Source of the DNA: an uncultured delta proteobacterium
Lineage (GTDB): Bacteria > Desulfobacterota > Binatia > Binatales > Binataceae
NCBI GenBank assembly: GCA_963842085.1
Contig: CAWJET010000001.1
Coordinates: 1,056,001 to 1,120,000 of the forward strand
Direction: 5' to 3'
Length of the DNA: 64,000 nt
How positions within the stretch are numbered: position 1 is the stretch's first letter; every line of letters begins with the position of its first letter. The translations under genes were made by a program, and so were the position numbers. Under the pieces are notes generated by a model. It searched no databases. It saw nothing but the letters and a program-made list of their open reading frames with translations, and was not told the DNA's origin. Below are positions 20,404 through 30,576 of this stretch, piece by piece.

Positions 20404-20778
20404 ATGGCGATGATCAAAGCGCGCGGATTGAAGCACATCAATCTCAATGTTAGAGACATCGGGCGTTCGCTCAAGTTTTACCAGGAGGCGTTCGGCCTCG
20501 AGGTCAAGTTCTGGGAAGGGAAGACCCTGGTTTTCCTCAGCTCCCCCGGAGCCAACGACACGATCACGCCGTGCCAGGCCAAGCCGGACGATCCTGTTGC
20601 CGGCGGCGGCGTCTCGCATTTCGGGTTTTCGACGGGAAAGGGCAACCTCGACGAGATGGTGAAGCAGATCGAAAATGCCGGCGGGAAATTGCGGAGCCGC
20701 GGCGAACATGCACCGGGCGTCCCGTACGCATACATCGCCGATCCCGATGGCTACGTGATCGAGCTGGGAAACTCGTAA
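20404..20778 (+). CDS. VOC/glyoxalase-family protein
   Basis: HINLNVRD, SHFGF, DPDGYVIEL. Confidence 0.88.
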   Translation: MAMIKARGLKHINLNVRDIGRSLKFYQEAFGLEVKFWEGKTLVFLSSPGANDTITPCQAKPDDPVAGGGVSHFGFSTGKGNLDEMVKQIENAGGKLRSRGEHAPGVPYAYIADPDGYVIELGNS

Positions 20779-20820
20779 TTAGCTAATTGCTATAGCCACT
20801 CGGCGCGGAAACTATAATCG

Positions 20821-21093
20821 ATGAAGCACGCGGGACCAGACGCGCTCGACCGACTCGAGCCAATCCTCGTCGAGATTCGGCAGCTCGGCGGACTCAAGGA
20901 AAGAAAGCGCGGAGCGTTTTATTGCGGCGGCGCCGGCTTCCTGCACTTTCACGAAGACCCGGCGGGATTTTTCGCCGACCTGAAGATCGGCGCCGACTTC
21001 GTGCGCTTCCCGCTCAATTCGAAAACTGAGACGCAAGCTTTCTTGCGCCGCGCGGCGGGCGCTCTCAATGCCGTGAAGAACGGCCGCGGGTAG
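20821..21093 (+). CDS. Small hypothetical protein
   Basis: MKHAG...FLHFHEDP..FADLK; host-like codon usage. Confidence 0.65.
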   Translation: MKHAGPDALDRLEPILVEIRQLGGLKERKRGAFYCGGAGFLHFHEDPAGFFADLKIGADFVRFPLNSKTETQAFLRRAAGALNAVKNGRG

Positions 21094-21313
21094 ATCCTCG
21101 CCGGGTCGGGCGCAGGTCCGCGGCGGCCCTGGGCAACGCCTCGGGACCGGCGCGATGCCGGTACTTCATGTCGTTGCCGCAGTGCGGACAGTTGACGTCG
21201 TCGTACTTGACGATGCGACCGCAGTACGGGCACTTGTAGCGGCGCCGTCCCACCCAGTAGAAGAACGCCGCCGTCAGCGCGACCATCAGCAGGCCGATGA
21301 TTGTTTGCCGCAC
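21065..21313 (-). CDS. Membrane-anchored zinc-ribbon protein
   Basis: N-terminal TM helix then CPYC...CPHC. Confidence 0.65.
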   Translation of the reverse strand: MRQTIIGLLMVALTAAFFYWVGRRRYKCPYCGRIVKYDDVNCPHCGNDMKYRHRAGPEALPRAAADLRPTRRGSTRGRSSRH

Positions 21314-21353
21314 GAGACTTGCTCCGAACGTATCGCAGCCGCCGGCACTCCGG

Positions 21354-21770
21354 TCAGGCGAGCCCGTCTTTCAGCGCCTCTTCGAGCGCGCCGATATTGA
21401 CTCGATGTCCTTGTGCCATCACCACCAGAAACGCCTTGAGCGCAGGATCGCCGACGGTCGGGACGTTTTCCTCGATCCTCCGAATCACCCATCGCTGGCC
21501 GCGATTGAGCAGCTCGAGCTTGCCGCGAAAATCTCCCACCGCGCGCACCTTCTCGACAAAGTCCCCGGTCTTCGTCGAAGGACTGCCGCCGAGCCGGCGC
21601 ACGTGCGCCGCCAGCTCTCCGGCATAGTAGCCTTCGTCGTGGCCGACCTTCTTGAGCATCTCGCGCAGCTCGAGCGAATGGGCCAGCTCGGTGAGCTCGT
21701 GCAGGACGCGGCCGCCGGCGCGCTCGGCTTCACCCAACAGATTGAGAAATCCTTCGAGTTGCGAGTCCAA
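21354..21770 (-). CDS. Ferritin-like hypothetical protein
   Basis: LNLLGEAERAG, HDE, LLNRGQRWV, H; TTG start after GGAGG. Confidence 0.7.
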   Translation of the reverse strand: MDSQLEGFLNLLGEAERAGGRVLHELTELAHSLELREMLKKVGHDEGYYAGELAAHVRRLGGSPSTKTGDFVEKVRAVGDFRGKLELLNRGQRWVIRRIEENVPTVGDPALKAFLVVMAQGHRVNIGALEEALKDGLA

Positions 21771-21787
21771 TTGCCTGCCTCCGTTCT

Positions 21788-23530
21788 TCAGAGCATCGGC
21801 ACCACCGGACAATACGCCGCGCTGAAAATCGCGTGACCGCTGAGCGCCACGCGAATCAGCTCGATGATCGGTTCGACCAGTCTCGCCGCCGGGCGCTGCG
21901 TGATCGACGCCACCATCTTGCCGCTGGCCAGCGTCTGCAGCAGTCCAGGCTGCGCGGGAAGTTCGATGATTCCGACCGGCTGCTCGGGCGCGAGGCGCGC
22001 CAATCCTTTCGCGGCCGCCATCGCTTCGTTCAGTCCACCGAGCGAATCGACGAGCTTGAACTGGAGCGCCTGCGCGCCGGTCCAGACCCGTCCCTGCGCG
22101 ACCGCGTCGGCCTGCTCGACCGTCATGTGGCGTCCGGCGGCGACCAGTTTCAGGAAGTACTGGTAGTTGCGCTGGATATCGTCCTGGAACTGCCTGGATT
22201 GCGCCGGCGTGAAATCGGTCCACATGTCGAACATCCCGACGTTTGCCCCGCGGCTCACCGCGTCGGTGTTCGCGTAGATTTTTTGCGCGGCGGGCGTGAT
22301 GTTGAACTTGCCGCCGAGTACTCCGATCGAGCCGGTGATCGTGCCGGGTTCGGCGATAATCTTCGCCGCGGGAATCGATACCAGGTATCCGCCAGACGCG
22401 CCGTATCCCGACATGCTGACGACCACCGGTTTTTTCTTCGCCGTGAGCTCGACCTCGCGGCCGATGAGTTCCGACGCGAGCATCGAGCCGCCGGGTGAAT
22501 TGACCCGCAGGATCACGGCGCGAACGTCGTCATCCTCGCGCGCGGACTTGAACGCTTCGGCCATGTCGTCGGCCGTCATCGCCTGGGCGTCGGGAGTCGA
22601 AAATGGATCGAAGCCTTCGCCGCCGCGTTGGATCTCGCCATCTCCGTAAATCACCGCGATTTGATTTCCGCCGCCAAAACTGGAGAACAGGTTGGCACGC
22701 GCGTAATTGGTGTAGTCGATCGCCTGGTGAACCGAGCCGCCGTGGTTTTTCACGCGCTCGCTGAATTCGTCCTCGTATTCGAGTCGGTCCACCAGGTGCG
22801 CCTTCAGGCCCGCGTCCGCATTCAACGGCGCTTGATCGATTAGAGCTTTGACTGCGTCGGGACTCAGCTTGCGCTCGGCCCCGATTGCCGCGACGATCTG
22901 ATCGAACAAGCTGCCGGCCAGCCCTTCGTCCTCTTCCTTTTGCGCCGGCGAGAAGTCCTTGTTGGTAAACATGTTGGCCGCGCTCTTGTATTGTCCCGCC
23001 GAGGCGAAGTCCGGCGTGATCCCCATCCAGTCGAGCGTGCCGCGCATGAACAGCTCGCGCAGTTGTACGCCCATCAGGTTGAGATCTCCCTGCGGCATCA
23101 GCGAGACTTCGTCGGCGGCGGCCGCGACGATGTAGGGCGTATTGCCCAGGCCCGATTCGCCGGCGGTCTCGAGGTACGCCTCGGTCCATTTGCCATGGCT
23201 CTTGAAGGACTTGATCAGCGCGACGATCTCCTGCGCCTGCGCGAGTTCCATCTCGGGGTTGATAACCTTGATCTCCAGGCCGACGATTTTCGGATCTTTC
23301 GCGGCCCGGTCGATCGCATTGCGCAGAATGTTGAGCGCCGTCTGCGTTTTACTCAACAGGCCAAGCACACCACCGCTGCCGCGCTCGACCACCGGCCCGT
23401 CGAGATCGACTGTCAGCACCGAGTTGGGCGGCACGCGATGCGAGATGTAATCCGAGATTGCGACGATCGCCAACAGCACCACGGCTATGATCACCGTACG
23501 AAGAATCCACCGAAAAAACCTTCTGAACAT
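21788..23530 (-). CDS. sppA: Signal peptide peptidase SppA (long form)
   Basis: GQYKSA, RVNSPGG, GASGGY, TITGSIGV, QGRVWTG. Confidence 0.93.
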   Translation of the reverse strand: MFRRFFRWILRTVIIAVVLLAIVAISDYISHRVPPNSVLTVDLDGPVVERGSGGVLGLLSKTQTALNILRNAIDRAAKDPKIVGLEIKVINPEMELAQAQEIVALIKSFKSHGKWTEAYLETAGESGLGNTPYIVAAAADEVSLMPQGDLNLMGVQLRELFMRGTLDWMGITPDFASAGQYKSAANMFTNKDFSPAQKEEDEGLAGSLFDQIVAAIGAERKLSPDAVKALIDQAPLNADAGLKAHLVDRLEYEDEFSERVKNHGGSVHQAIDYTNYARANLFSSFGGGNQIAVIYGDGEIQRGGEGFDPFSTPDAQAMTADDMAEAFKSAREDDDVRAVILRVNSPGGSMLASELIGREVELTAKKKPVVVSMSGYGASGGYLVSIPAAKIIAEPGTITGSIGVLGGKFNITPAAQKIYANTDAVSRGANVGMFDMWTDFTPAQSRQFQDDIQRNYQYFLKLVAAGRHMTVEQADAVAQGRVWTGAQALQFKLVDSLGGLNEAMAAAKGLARLAPEQPVGIIELPAQPGLLQTLASGKMVASITQRPAARLVEPIIELIRVALSGHAIFSAAYCPVVPML

Positions 23531-23624
23531 TCATCCCTCCGGACTGCGACCGCGGATAACGCGCCACCGGGCGCGTTCCCTTGACTGTCGCAACTGGCAA
23601 GAATAGCCAACCATACCCGCTTCC

Positions 23625-24896
23625 ATGGAGCCAGTCGCAAAAGTACAAGCGTCGGAGCATTCGCGCGAGCCACTGATGAACCAGCGCAAGGCCGGCGCGA
23701 TTCATCTGCGAATCGTCGCGCTGGCCTTCGCCGCCTGGATTTTCGACTTCTACGATCTGGTTCTCTACTCCTTCCTGCTGGTTCCGGTTGCGCGCGAACT
23801 CCATCTGACGCCTGAGCAGTCGTCGTTGGCGCTCGGCACGTCGCTGCTGATGACGGCGCTCGGCGGAGTCATTTTCGGCTACCTCGGCGATCGCTTCGGG
23901 CGGAAACCGGCGATCGCAGCTACGGTCGCGATTTACGGCGTCGGCACCGCGCTGTGCGGATTGAGCCATACTCTCACCCAACTGATCGTGTTCCGATCGA
24001 TAACCGGGCTCGGCATGGGCGGCGGATGGGCCCCCGGACAAAGCCTGGTCGCCGAGAGTGTGCCGGCCGAGCGCCGCGCGCGATACGCCGCATACGTGCA
24101 GACGGGGGCGCCGCTCGGGGTCTTGCTGGCGGCGGCAGCGGGCGGTTACATCGCGCCCGCAGTGGGATGGCGTCTGACGTTCATGCTTTCCGGCGTGCCC
24201 GCCGTGTTTGTCTTCGCGTCCGTGCTGAAGTGGATGCCCGAGAGCGACGTCTGGCAGGGCACGCGCACCGGCCCTGGCACGCGCGGCGTCGACCTGCGCG
24301 AGATTCTGGTACACCGGCGCATCTTCGCGCTGCTGTTCGTGGTCGTCCTGCTCAACTCCGAGGCGTATTGGTTCACCTACACCTGGATGCCGGGATATTT
24401 GGAACTCAAGCGCGGACTCACCGCCGCGGGCGCGAGCCATATGATGATCAAGATGCAGGTAGGCGGCGTGCTCGGCTACCTGACCTTCGGCCGCGTCGCC
24501 GACCGATTCGGACGCCGGCCCGCGTTTTGCGCGTACGGGATGCTGATGGCAGCCGGCACGCTCCCGCCGACGATCCTGTGGACTTCGGCGGTGGCAGTGC
24601 CGGGACTCGTCTCGGCTGCGATGTTCACGGCGGGCTTCGGCACCGGCATCTGGGCGGGAGTCGCGCCGATGATCGCCGAGCTGCTGCCGACGCGGATTCG
24701 CAACACGTCGCTGGGATTGCTGCTCAACGTCACGCGCGGATTGCAGTTCTTCACGCCCCTGCTGATTGCGGCGTTGGGCGCGCGCGTCGGTTTCGGCGCG
24801 ACGCTATCGCTCGGCGCACTCTTCTCGACGATGGGCGCCCTGCTGGTCTGGATACTCCCCGAAACCCGCGCCCGCTCGATCACCGCGCTGGATTGA
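23625..24896 (+). CDS. MFS transporter
   Basis: GDRFGRK and ADRFGRR motifs, about 12 TM helices, LPETR. Confidence 0.92.
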   Translation: MEPVAKVQASEHSREPLMNQRKAGAIHLRIVALAFAAWIFDFYDLVLYSFLLVPVARELHLTPEQSSLALGTSLLMTALGGVIFGYLGDRFGRKPAIAATVAIYGVGTALCGLSHTLTQLIVFRSITGLGMGGGWAPGQSLVAESVPAERRARYAAYVQTGAPLGVLLAAAAGGYIAPAVGWRLTFMLSGVPAVFVFASVLKWMPESDVWQGTRTGPGTRGVDLREILVHRRIFALLFVVVLLNSEAYWFTYTWMPGYLELKRGLTAAGASHMMIKMQVGGVLGYLTFGRVADRFGRRPAFCAYGMLMAAGTLPPTILWTSAVAVPGLVSAAMFTAGFGTGIWAGVAPMIAELLPTRIRNTSLGLLLNVTRGLQFFTPLLIAALGARVGFGATLSLGALFSTMGALLVWILPETRARSITALD

Positions 24897-24901
24897 CCCT
24901 C

Positions 24902-26824
24902 TCATGGCGAACTGCCCAACGGCTTGTGCTCGACCGAGGAGCTGTCGAGATACGGCTCGTCGCCGAGCCACGTGACGTGAATCGTCGTCACAGCCTCGAC
25001 GCCTGGCAGCATCAGGTCGGTCGTCATCGTTTGCGTATGCGATCCTCCCGCGCTGCGGCGGCCGTCGGTCAACGCCTCGGCCATCGCGCGTCCGGCGGGC
25101 GCTACACCGCCCGGCCCGATATTCGGCAGCGTGCCGAGTATCTCCGTGATCGTCGGCGCAACATCGGTGTTCGCGGTGGGATTGAAATCGACGAAGCCGC
25201 GGCGAAAGTCCGGGCCTGCCGCGGCGCAGAAATTGTGAATCTCGCGCTCACCTGCCGCGCCATGGATCCCCATTCCGGTCGTGAACGTTTGGCTGGTCCC
25301 GGTGTCCGCGTACACGGTTCCCTTCACCGGGTGCACCAATTCGGAGGATTTGTTCGGCGTCGAGACCTGTCCGATCCGGCCTATAAGGAACGCGGGATTA
25401 CCCGGCCCGGTCAGGCCTTTGTTGTCGGCGTCGGGCTCCTCGCGAAATGAAATCACCAGGTCCGGCGAGCGTGCCTGATTGTACAGCCCGACGATGCGCT
25501 GGCTGAAGGTGCCTTCGATCCAGCCGAGGTACGGTTTGGGCGCGCGCCGGCTGCGGCGTCCGCGACGGCTCGGCTCATCGGGTGCGGCCGCCGACTCGCG
25601 CGAGAAGATCGGTCCGCACCATTCCTGCGCCTCGGCGAAGTTGACGATCTTTTGCAGCACCGCGCGGCGCGCCTCCAGCGTGGGGAATTGCGTCGGCAAC
25701 AGGTACACGAGGTCCGCACCGCCGTTGGGCGCGACGATGATGTCGGTGCTGTCGCCCGACTTCTTGATTCCCGCCGCCACCAGCATTTCCGACAGCACGA
25801 TTCGGAATTTGATCGTCGCAAAACCATGGTCCGATACCACGATCAGGTCGGTCTTGTCGGCGATCCCCAGCGCATCGATCGCCGCGCGAAGGCGCATCAG
25901 GTTGTTGTCGCAGAGGGTCAGCGCCTCCATCGCGGGCAACGTACCCAACCCGGCAACGTGCTGCGTGAGATCGGGATTATGCTGCCAGAAGACGACCAGC
26001 GCGGGCCGGCCCGCATCCGCGGCGCGCTTGGCGGCCGGCAACGCGTCTTCCACGACCAGCCGCGCGAAATACAGGTCGCGCTGCTCGTCGGCTGCCGCGG
26101 TTTTCGAATCGGGCGGAATCGCGGAACTTATCTCTTGACTCAGCGACGGCGGCGCAACCAGGTCGTCCGAGGCGAACAGGTAGTCCTTGTGCGGCTCGCC
26201 GACAATGTCTTTGCCGTCGACGACCGTTTCGACCCGATTGTCGAACACCGAAGTCGGCCCCTGCTTGCCAATCACGGCGATGTAGCCGCCCTCGCGCTCG
26301 ACCTCCTGCGCGATAGTGTCCAGCCCTATCAACCTCCCCTTGAACTCGTTCGTCTTGTTCAGGTTGACGATCGCCCGCGCGCCCTCAGCCCAGACCATCT
26401 GACCATTCGAATCGTTCGCAATCGTTGGTGCCCCCGGCTTCGCCTCGTAGGAAGCAATGCTGCTGACGGCTGGCGCCGCATTTGCCGGCGCTGGCACATA
26501 GAACACGTTGCCCTCGAGCCCGTTGACGCCCGGCGGCGCGCCCGTGGCGAGCGCGGTGGCGTTGACCATCGTAAGCGTCGGGAAGATCGAGTGATGCTTG
26601 TCGAAGCGCACGCCCTCGCGCGCCAGCCGGTACAGATTCGGAGTATCGCGTTGCGTGACGAAGTCGGGCCGCAGCCCGTCCCACACCATCAGCACCACGA
26701 TACGGCCGCGCCCGCGATGCGCGTCGGCGGGGTATTGCGCGCGAGCCGGCGCGGCAACCAGGAAGAGCAAGATCGCGAGAATTTCAGACAGCCGTCGAAC
26801 GAAGCACATTCGATCGGTCATCAA
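24902..26824 (-). CDS. Secreted alkaline phosphatase/nucleotide pyrophosphatase-superfamily protein
   Basis: Signal peptide, VWDGLRPD, FPTLT, PDLTQH, VSDHG, GIHG. Confidence 0.85.
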   Translation of the reverse strand: MMTDRMCFVRRLSEILAILLFLVAAPARAQYPADAHRGRGRIVVLMVWDGLRPDFVTQRDTPNLYRLAREGVRFDKHHSIFPTLTMVNATALATGAPPGVNGLEGNVFYVPAPANAAPAVSSIASYEAKPGAPTIANDSNGQMVWAEGARAIVNLNKTNEFKGRLIGLDTIAQEVEREGGYIAVIGKQGPTSVFDNRVETVVDGKDIVGEPHKDYLFASDDLVAPPSLSQEISSAIPPDSKTAAADEQRDLYFARLVVEDALPAAKRAADAGRPALVVFWQHNPDLTQHVAGLGTLPAMEALTLCDNNLMRLRAAIDALGIADKTDLIVVSDHGFATIKFRIVLSEMLVAAGIKKSGDSTDIIVAPNGGADLVYLLPTQFPTLEARRAVLQKIVNFAEAQEWCGPIFSRESAAAPDEPSRRGRRSRRAPKPYLGWIEGTFSQRIVGLYNQARSPDLVISFREEPDADNKGLTGPGNPAFLIGRIGQVSTPNKSSELVHPVKGTVYADTGTSQTFTTGMGIHGAAGEREIHNFCAAAGPDFRRGFVDFNPTANTDVAPTITEILGTLPNIGPGGVAPAGRAMAEALTDGRRSAGGSHTQTMTTDLMLPGVEAVTTIHVTWLGDEPYLDSSSVEHKPLGSSP

Positions 26825-26845
26825 AGCGGCCCGCAGCCTGCTGTG

Positions 26846-27859
26846 TCAATCGTGGTTCGTGCTCGGACCAGGCGTCTGCGTCCGCGGATGCGTTTTGAAG
26901 AATTCCCAGATGACGTCGGTCGCGTTCAGATTGTCGCTCGGCTTGCCGACCCATTTTTCCGGCAGCCGGCTCTTGCCGCCGGGCCACACATGGCCCAATC
27001 CCCTGACCCTGTAGTACTCGACCTCTCCCCCCTTGGCGCACTGATCGTAGGTGACTTCCAGCACGCCGTTGCCGCGAGCAGTCTGCACTTCCGGCCCGCA
27101 GCCGAGCATCCGCTCCCACTCCTTGAGCGAATCTTCGACCGGCGGGTGATACTCAGTTTTCTCCCACGGGAGTTTCACGTTGCCACCGTCGATCGGGTTG
27201 AGCGGGTCCTTGGTGCCGATGATGAAGAGCAGCGGAACGGGATATGCCAGTTGTTTCTGCACGTACCAAAGATGGCCGGAAACGGGCGCTATCGCCGCGA
27301 TTAGATTCGAGAGGTTGAGGCCCACGCTGAACGTCATCGACGCGCCGTTCGAAAAGCCGGTGCAATAGATTCGCGCCGGGTCGGAGGCGTAACGCGCCTC
27401 GAGGAAGCCGATCATCGCGGCGATAAAGCCGAGGTCGTCCACATCATCCACGCCGATCGCGCCGCGGCCCGAGCCGTCATTCCACAGCCGCGGATTGAGC
27501 AGGAATCGCGCCGGCAACATCGGATGGGGCGGGGTGCCGTCGGGAAAAACCGCGATGAAGCCCTCGCGATCCGATTTCGCGTCCCATCCCGTCTCCGCCA
27601 TCGCACCCTCACCGCTGCCGCCCGCTCCGTGCAGCATAATCACCACCGGCACTTTCGACTTGCCGTCGAATCCGGGAGGCGCATGGACCACGAATGTGCG
27701 CGTCGTCTTGTTGGTGCCGGCGCCGACTTCGAGCGACTCGTCGTGATTCCCCGGCGCCGGTACCGGTTGAAAGGTCGGCGCATCCGCCGACGCGGAGAAC
27801 ACCGCGGCCGTCAAAATCGCGACGGCAACGGCCGTCGAAATGCTGAAAGTCCGCATCAC
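26846..27859 (-). CDS. Secreted esterase, PHB-depolymerase/LpqC-like
   Basis: Signal peptide, MLHGAG, TGFSNGA, GHVWPG. Confidence 0.85.
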   Translation of the reverse strand: MMRTFSISTAVAVAILTAAVFSASADAPTFQPVPAPGNHDESLEVGAGTNKTTRTFVVHAPPGFDGKSKVPVVIMLHGAGGSGEGAMAETGWDAKSDREGFIAVFPDGTPPHPMLPARFLLNPRLWNDGSGRGAIGVDDVDDLGFIAAMIGFLEARYASDPARIYCTGFSNGASMTFSVGLNLSNLIAAIAPVSGHLWYVQKQLAYPVPLLFIIGTKDPLNPIDGGNVKLPWEKTEYHPPVEDSLKEWERMLGCGPEVQTARGNGVLEVTYDQCAKGGEVEYYRVRGLGHVWPGGKSRLPEKWVGKPSDNLNATDVIWEFFKTHPRTQTPGPSTNHD

Positions 27860-27968
27860 TGCGTGCCCTGAATCCCCAGTTCAAGGTACGCCGCGGCTGA
27901 CACGTCGTTTCAAGGTGCAACTCCATTTTTGATTTGGTAGCGTGACAGAAATCCGGAGGAACACCACG

Positions 27969-28889
27969 TTGCGTATTGCACTGCTTGGTCAGGCTGCATT
28001 CGCGGAAAAGGCGCTCGCCGCGCTGCTCGATCACGGCGACGAGATCGTTCACGTCTTCGCGCCACCCGACCCGCCCGCCGGCAAGCACGACGCGCTGACC
28101 GCCAAGGCGCGCGCGATGGGCCTGCCGCTCAGCCAGCCCAGGTCGTTCAAGAACGACGCCGCCTTCGAGCATTTCAAGGCGCTCGACGCCGACCTCGCCA
28201 TCCTTGCCTTCGTCACGCTGATCGTTCCCGAGCGTATTCTCTACGCGCCGCGCTACAAGTCGATTTGCTTTCACCCGTCCCTGCTCCCGCGCCATCGCGG
28301 CGCCAGCGGCATCAACTGGGCGATCATTCAGGGCGACGCGGAAACGGGAGTCACGTGGTTCTGGCCCGACAAGGGCATCGACACCGGCCCGATTCTCATT
28401 CAAAAGCGCGTGCCGATTGCCGAGAACGACACAGTAGGCTCGATCTATTTCAACACGCTCTTCCCGATGGGCATCGACACGATGGTGGCAGCGGTCGATC
28501 TGATCGAATCCGGCAACGCGCCCGCGATCGTGCAGGACGAGAGCAAGGCAACCTACGAGCCGCCATGCCGCGACGAGCACGCCAGGCTCGATTTCGCCAA
28601 GCCGGCGCGCGAACTCTTCAACCTGATCCGCGGATGCGACCCGCAACCCGGTGCCTTCGCAACCGTCGGCGACAAACGCTTGCGGATGTACGAGGCTGCG
28701 TTTTCAGCAAACCGCCCGGATAGTGAAGCGGGAACAATAGTCGCCATCGATGCGGATGGAATGAAAATCGCACTCGCAGGCGGAACGATTATGGTAAAGC
28801 GAGCGCGAATCGATCCGAATCCGAAGAAGGTAGCCCCCGCCGAACTCGCAGCGTCCGGCGATCTCCGCGTCGGCCTGAAGCTGGCTTAG
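27969..28889 (+). CDS. Formyltransferase-family (Fmt-like) protein
   Basis: FHPSLLPRHRGASGINW, GIDTG, NLIRGCDPQPGA; TTG start after GGAGGA. Confidence 0.85.
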   Translation: MRIALLGQAAFAEKALAALLDHGDEIVHVFAPPDPPAGKHDALTAKARAMGLPLSQPRSFKNDAAFEHFKALDADLAILAFVTLIVPERILYAPRYKSICFHPSLLPRHRGASGINWAIIQGDAETGVTWFWPDKGIDTGPILIQKRVPIAENDTVGSIYFNTLFPMGIDTMVAAVDLIESGNAPAIVQDESKATYEPPCRDEHARLDFAKPARELFNLIRGCDPQPGAFATVGDKRLRMYEAAFSANRPDSEAGTIVAIDADGMKIALAGGTIMVKRARIDPNPKKVAPAELAASGDLRVGLKLA

Positions 28890-28898
28890 ACTCCGCGT

Positions 28899-29231
28899 TC
28901 ATTTCGCTTTCGCCTTGAGCCGTGGATCGTCGGCCGCGACGCATTGCGATTCCGCCATCCGTTTTGTCATTTCCGACTTGCTCAGCGGATGCATCTTCGC
29001 CTTCAGCGTGGTCTTCGCTGCTGCTTGATATTCAGCCGGTGTCATCGGGTTCTGGATGACGTCCGTCAGCGACTCGTCGCATTCCTTCTCGGAATCGAAC
29101 TTCACGCTCTTTCGCCACGTCGATAAGGGCGCACTCGCGTCGACTTTGTTGTCGGCGCCAATCGGCGGAATCATCAGATACCATGCGACGATCGCAAGCG
29201 CGCCGGCGTGCCGAGGGTTCATACGATTCAT
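28899..29231 (-). CDS. Small secreted protein, 'WYLMxPP' family
   Basis: RHAGALAIVAWYLMIPP...APLSTW...C...CVAADDPRLK; paralogues at 63406 and 63752. Confidence 0.8.
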   Translation of the reverse strand: MNRMNPRHAGALAIVAWYLMIPPIGADNKVDASAPLSTWRKSVKFDSEKECDESLTDVIQNPMTPAEYQAAAKTTLKAKMHPLSKSEMTKRMAESQCVAADDPRLKAKAK

Positions 29232-29246
29232 CTTTATCTTATCATT

Positions 29247-29343
29247 GGGTGCAGAGTCCGTCCTGAGCCAAGCCGAAGGAGGTCACCCCTGCTGAAACCC
29301 ACCGCAGGTTTCACATTCAATCAAGTTCTTCTCCGCCCCTGCC
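29247..29343 (+). repeat. Dispersed hairpin repeat (TGAAACCC-N5-GGGTTTCA core), copy 1
   Basis: GGTCACCCCTGCTGAAACCCACCGCAGGTTTCACATTCAATCAAGT nearly identical to reverse complement of 40426-40471. Confidence 0.8.
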
Positions 29344-29396
29344 GCTGTTCCGCCGTATTCCTTTGCGCTACGATTCGGTCGCAGAGGTTTACCTGG

Positions 29397-30407
29397 ATGC
29401 GACTTTGCATCGGGACGGCCAAGGGCATTGTGATTCTGGATCCCGCGCGCGGTGCGACGCCGCTGATGGTGCTCGCCGACCCCTCGGCCATCTGGTGCAT
29501 GGCCCAGGACGCCGCCGACCCCAACCTCATCTACGCCGGCTCGACCGAGCACATCCGCGGCAAAGGCACGCTCGCGCGCTCGACCGACGGCGGCCGGACC
29601 TGGACCGACGTCACGCCCCAGCTCGCGCGCGAAGAGGAGGTCTGGTCGCTGGCCGCCTCTCCCGCGGTGAAGGATCGCGTGTTCCTCGGGACCTCGCACG
29701 CGCGCCTGTTCCGCAGCGACGACCGCGGGCGCATCTTCAAGGAATGCGCCGGCTTCCTGCAAATTCCCGGGCGCGACCGCTGGACGTTTCCGCCGCCGCC
29801 GCACATTCCGCACGTGCGTGCTATCGCCTGCGATCCGCATGAGCCGTCCACGATGTACGTCGGCGTCGAGGAGGGCGGCATCTTCCGCTCGCGCAACGAC
29901 GGCGCGACTTTCGAGCCGCTCAACGACGGCCTCTACGCCGACCTTCATACCGTCGCGGTGGACTCGCGCGACTCGCGCCGTCTCTACGCCACCACCGGCG
30001 CCGGCTTCTACCTGTCCCACAACGCCGGCAAGTCGTGGGAGCACATCACGCGCGGACTCAATCGCACCTACACCGTCCCGCTGCTGGTAAGCGCGCCCGA
30101 CCGCGACGATGTTTTCACGGCGGCCGCGATGGGCCCGCCGCCCACCTGGCGCGTCGGACCGACCGGCCCCGACGCGGTCTTGTTCCGCAGCGCCGATTGC
30201 GGCGAGAGTTTCACGCCGATTTCCACCGAACAGAGGTTTGGGCGCGGGATGGTGATGCGGCTGAAGGCTGACCCGGAGAACGACGGCAGCGGCTTCTTCG
30301 CGGTGTGCAACGACGGCGCCGTTATGCGCGCCACCACCGACGGGTCATCACTGGCAACAATCGCGGAAAAACTCCCGCCCGCCTACGACATGGCAATCAT
30401 TCCGTGA
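29397..30407 (+). CDS. BNR/Asp-box beta-propeller protein
   Basis: Repeated RSTDGGRTW, RSDDRG, RSRNDG, SHNAGKSW, RSADCGESF. Confidence 0.85.
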   Translation: MRLCIGTAKGIVILDPARGATPLMVLADPSAIWCMAQDAADPNLIYAGSTEHIRGKGTLARSTDGGRTWTDVTPQLAREEEVWSLAASPAVKDRVFLGTSHARLFRSDDRGRIFKECAGFLQIPGRDRWTFPPPPHIPHVRAIACDPHEPSTMYVGVEEGGIFRSRNDGATFEPLNDGLYADLHTVAVDSRDSRRLYATTGAGFYLSHNAGKSWEHITRGLNRTYTVPLLVSAPDRDDVFTAAAMGPPPTWRVGPTGPDAVLFRSADCGESFTPISTEQRFGRGMVMRLKADPENDGSGFFAVCNDGAVMRATTDGSSLATIAEKLPPAYDMAIIP

Positions 30408-30419
30408 GCCGCTAACATC

Positions 30420-30497
30420 GGGTGCAGGGGTCCGCGCCGGTGGCGACACCCCTGCCCAAGGAAGTGTGAAACCCACGGCGGGTTTCACATTTAATTA
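30420..30497 (+). repeat. Dispersed hairpin repeat copy 2, interrupted by the IS1595 element (tail resumes about 33290-33298)
   Basis: CCCCTGCCCAAGGAAGTGTGAAACCCA identical to 40470-40496, then GGGTTTCAC. Confidence 0.8.
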
Positions 30498-30520
30498 CGG
30501 AATGTCCCAGTTTAAGGTAG

Positions 30521-30549
30521 TTGACACAATAGGTTGATTTTACTAGTAT
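30521..30549 (+). promoter_or_regulatory. Putative sigma70 promoter of the transposase operon
   Basis: TTGACA-17 nt-TAGTAT directly inside the left TIR. Confidence 0.65.
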
Positions 30550-30576
30550 CCCAGCATCAGGTAGCGAGGTGCTGGG

